Shown here in pieces: positions 7,669 to 8,308 of a DNA stretch of 8,308 bases; positions within the stretch are counted from its first letter, which is position 1, and every line of letters starts with the position of its first letter. The stretch is from Histomonas meleagridis 2922-C6/04-290x. Lineage: Eukaryota; Protista; Parabasalia. Location of the stretch: contig JAANOX010000103.1 in assembly GCA_020184695.1 (NCBI GenBank), positions 1 to 8,308 on the forward strand, written 5' to 3'. The position numbers were made by a program, and so were the translations under genes. A model generated the notes under the pieces. The model searched no databases and was not told the origin of the DNA. It worked only from the letters and a program-made list of their open reading frames with translations.

Positions 7669-8308
7669 TTAATTACAATGAGAACAAGAAACATTAACAA
7701 TCCACTCTGCGCTTGGCCTTTCACTTGGATTCGGGCGCATCATTGAGTTTATCAAATCGCGTAATTCTGGAGTGCAATTTGTCTGGTATATACCATGTCC
7801 AACACCAATTTCTCCTTTCCGAAGTTTTTGCGTAGACCTGGCTTCCGCCTCTTGGTGCATTTTTTCCTGTTACAGCATCCATCAAAACGACACCAACAAC
7901 AAACATGTCAGTTGCTGTTGTTACCACATGTATTCCATTAGGATATGCAAGAGCTTCTGGTGATACATATGGTCCTGCACCTTCATCTCCTTCCGTGAAA
8001 ATGATTTATTTTTAGTAAGTGTACCAAAAATCTGCTAATTTGAAATGACCATCATTTGTCATTAATATGTTACCAGGAGATACATCTAAATGCATCAATT
8101 CATGTGAATGGAGAATCTGTATGCCATCCCAATATCATGTATTAAATACCAAATATCAGGTTCCTCAAAAAAATAATATCTGAAATGTCACCTTTTTTTC
8201 ACAAAGTTCCATTTGAATCATTGCTTTTTGTCGGAATTTCAAAATATGAAATTGTTTTTGACAAAGTATGGTGAATTAATTTTTTTCTTTTTTTCCATCA
8301 TTTGAATT
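7669..8308 (-). CDS. Wee1/Myt1-like protein kinase, C-terminal part (5' end outside the window; homopolymer frameshifts)
   Basis: Corrected translation ...IQMELC...HLDVSPGNIL...LADFGTLTKINHFTEGDEGAGPYVSPEALAYPNGIHVVTTATDMFVVGVVLMDAVTGKNAPRGGSQVYAKLRKG...ELRDLINSMMRPNPSERPSAEWIVNVSCSHCN*. The ELC hinge and EGD-x-Y-x-x-PE activation segment are Wee1/Myt1-like. Confidence 0.85.
7994..8308. repeat. Direct repeat of 1358-1661
   Basis: No substitutions between copies; all differences are homopolymer lengths (315 versus 304 nt). Confidence 0.97.

Noticed and set aside
5554-8308. Frameshifts in the BspA and kinase genes as programmed frameshifting or true pseudogenisation
   Set aside because: Nearly all fall in homopolymer runs, and the two kinase copies differ only in run length, which points to long-read error.

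Overview
Very AT-rich eukaryotic DNA, most likely a parabasalid protist (Tritrichomonas/Trichomonas-like), inferred from a DUF3447-type ankyrin gene, a BspA-like LRR surface protein with an FTxSxx stalk and a 'GGAIAGIVIG' membrane anchor. Homopolymer indels typical of long reads break several reading frames. Left to right: (1) a perfect 151-bp inverted repeat (1-151 / 1143-1293) whose arms each carry an inward-facing tRNA-like Pol III cassette; (2) a doubly truncated Wee1/Myt1-like kinase fragment (-); (3) the 3' part of a type I membrane protein (+); (4) a low-complexity Asn/Pro/Thr-rich gene (-); (5) a DUF3447/ankyrin gene (+); (6) an essentially intact BspA-like gene (+); (7) a second, longer copy of the kinase (-) running off the window end. 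The most striking feature is in the ankyrin gene. Seven successive repeats are each interrupted at the same codon position by an 80-84 nt AT-rich block with shared 5' and internal motifs but no usable GT-AG boundaries or ACTAAC branch site, which suggests a non-canonical intron or bypass system. Several junctions look chimeric (head-to-head gene fragments joined at short palindromes, a duplicate ending exactly at the window end), so library or assembly artefacts need to be excluded.
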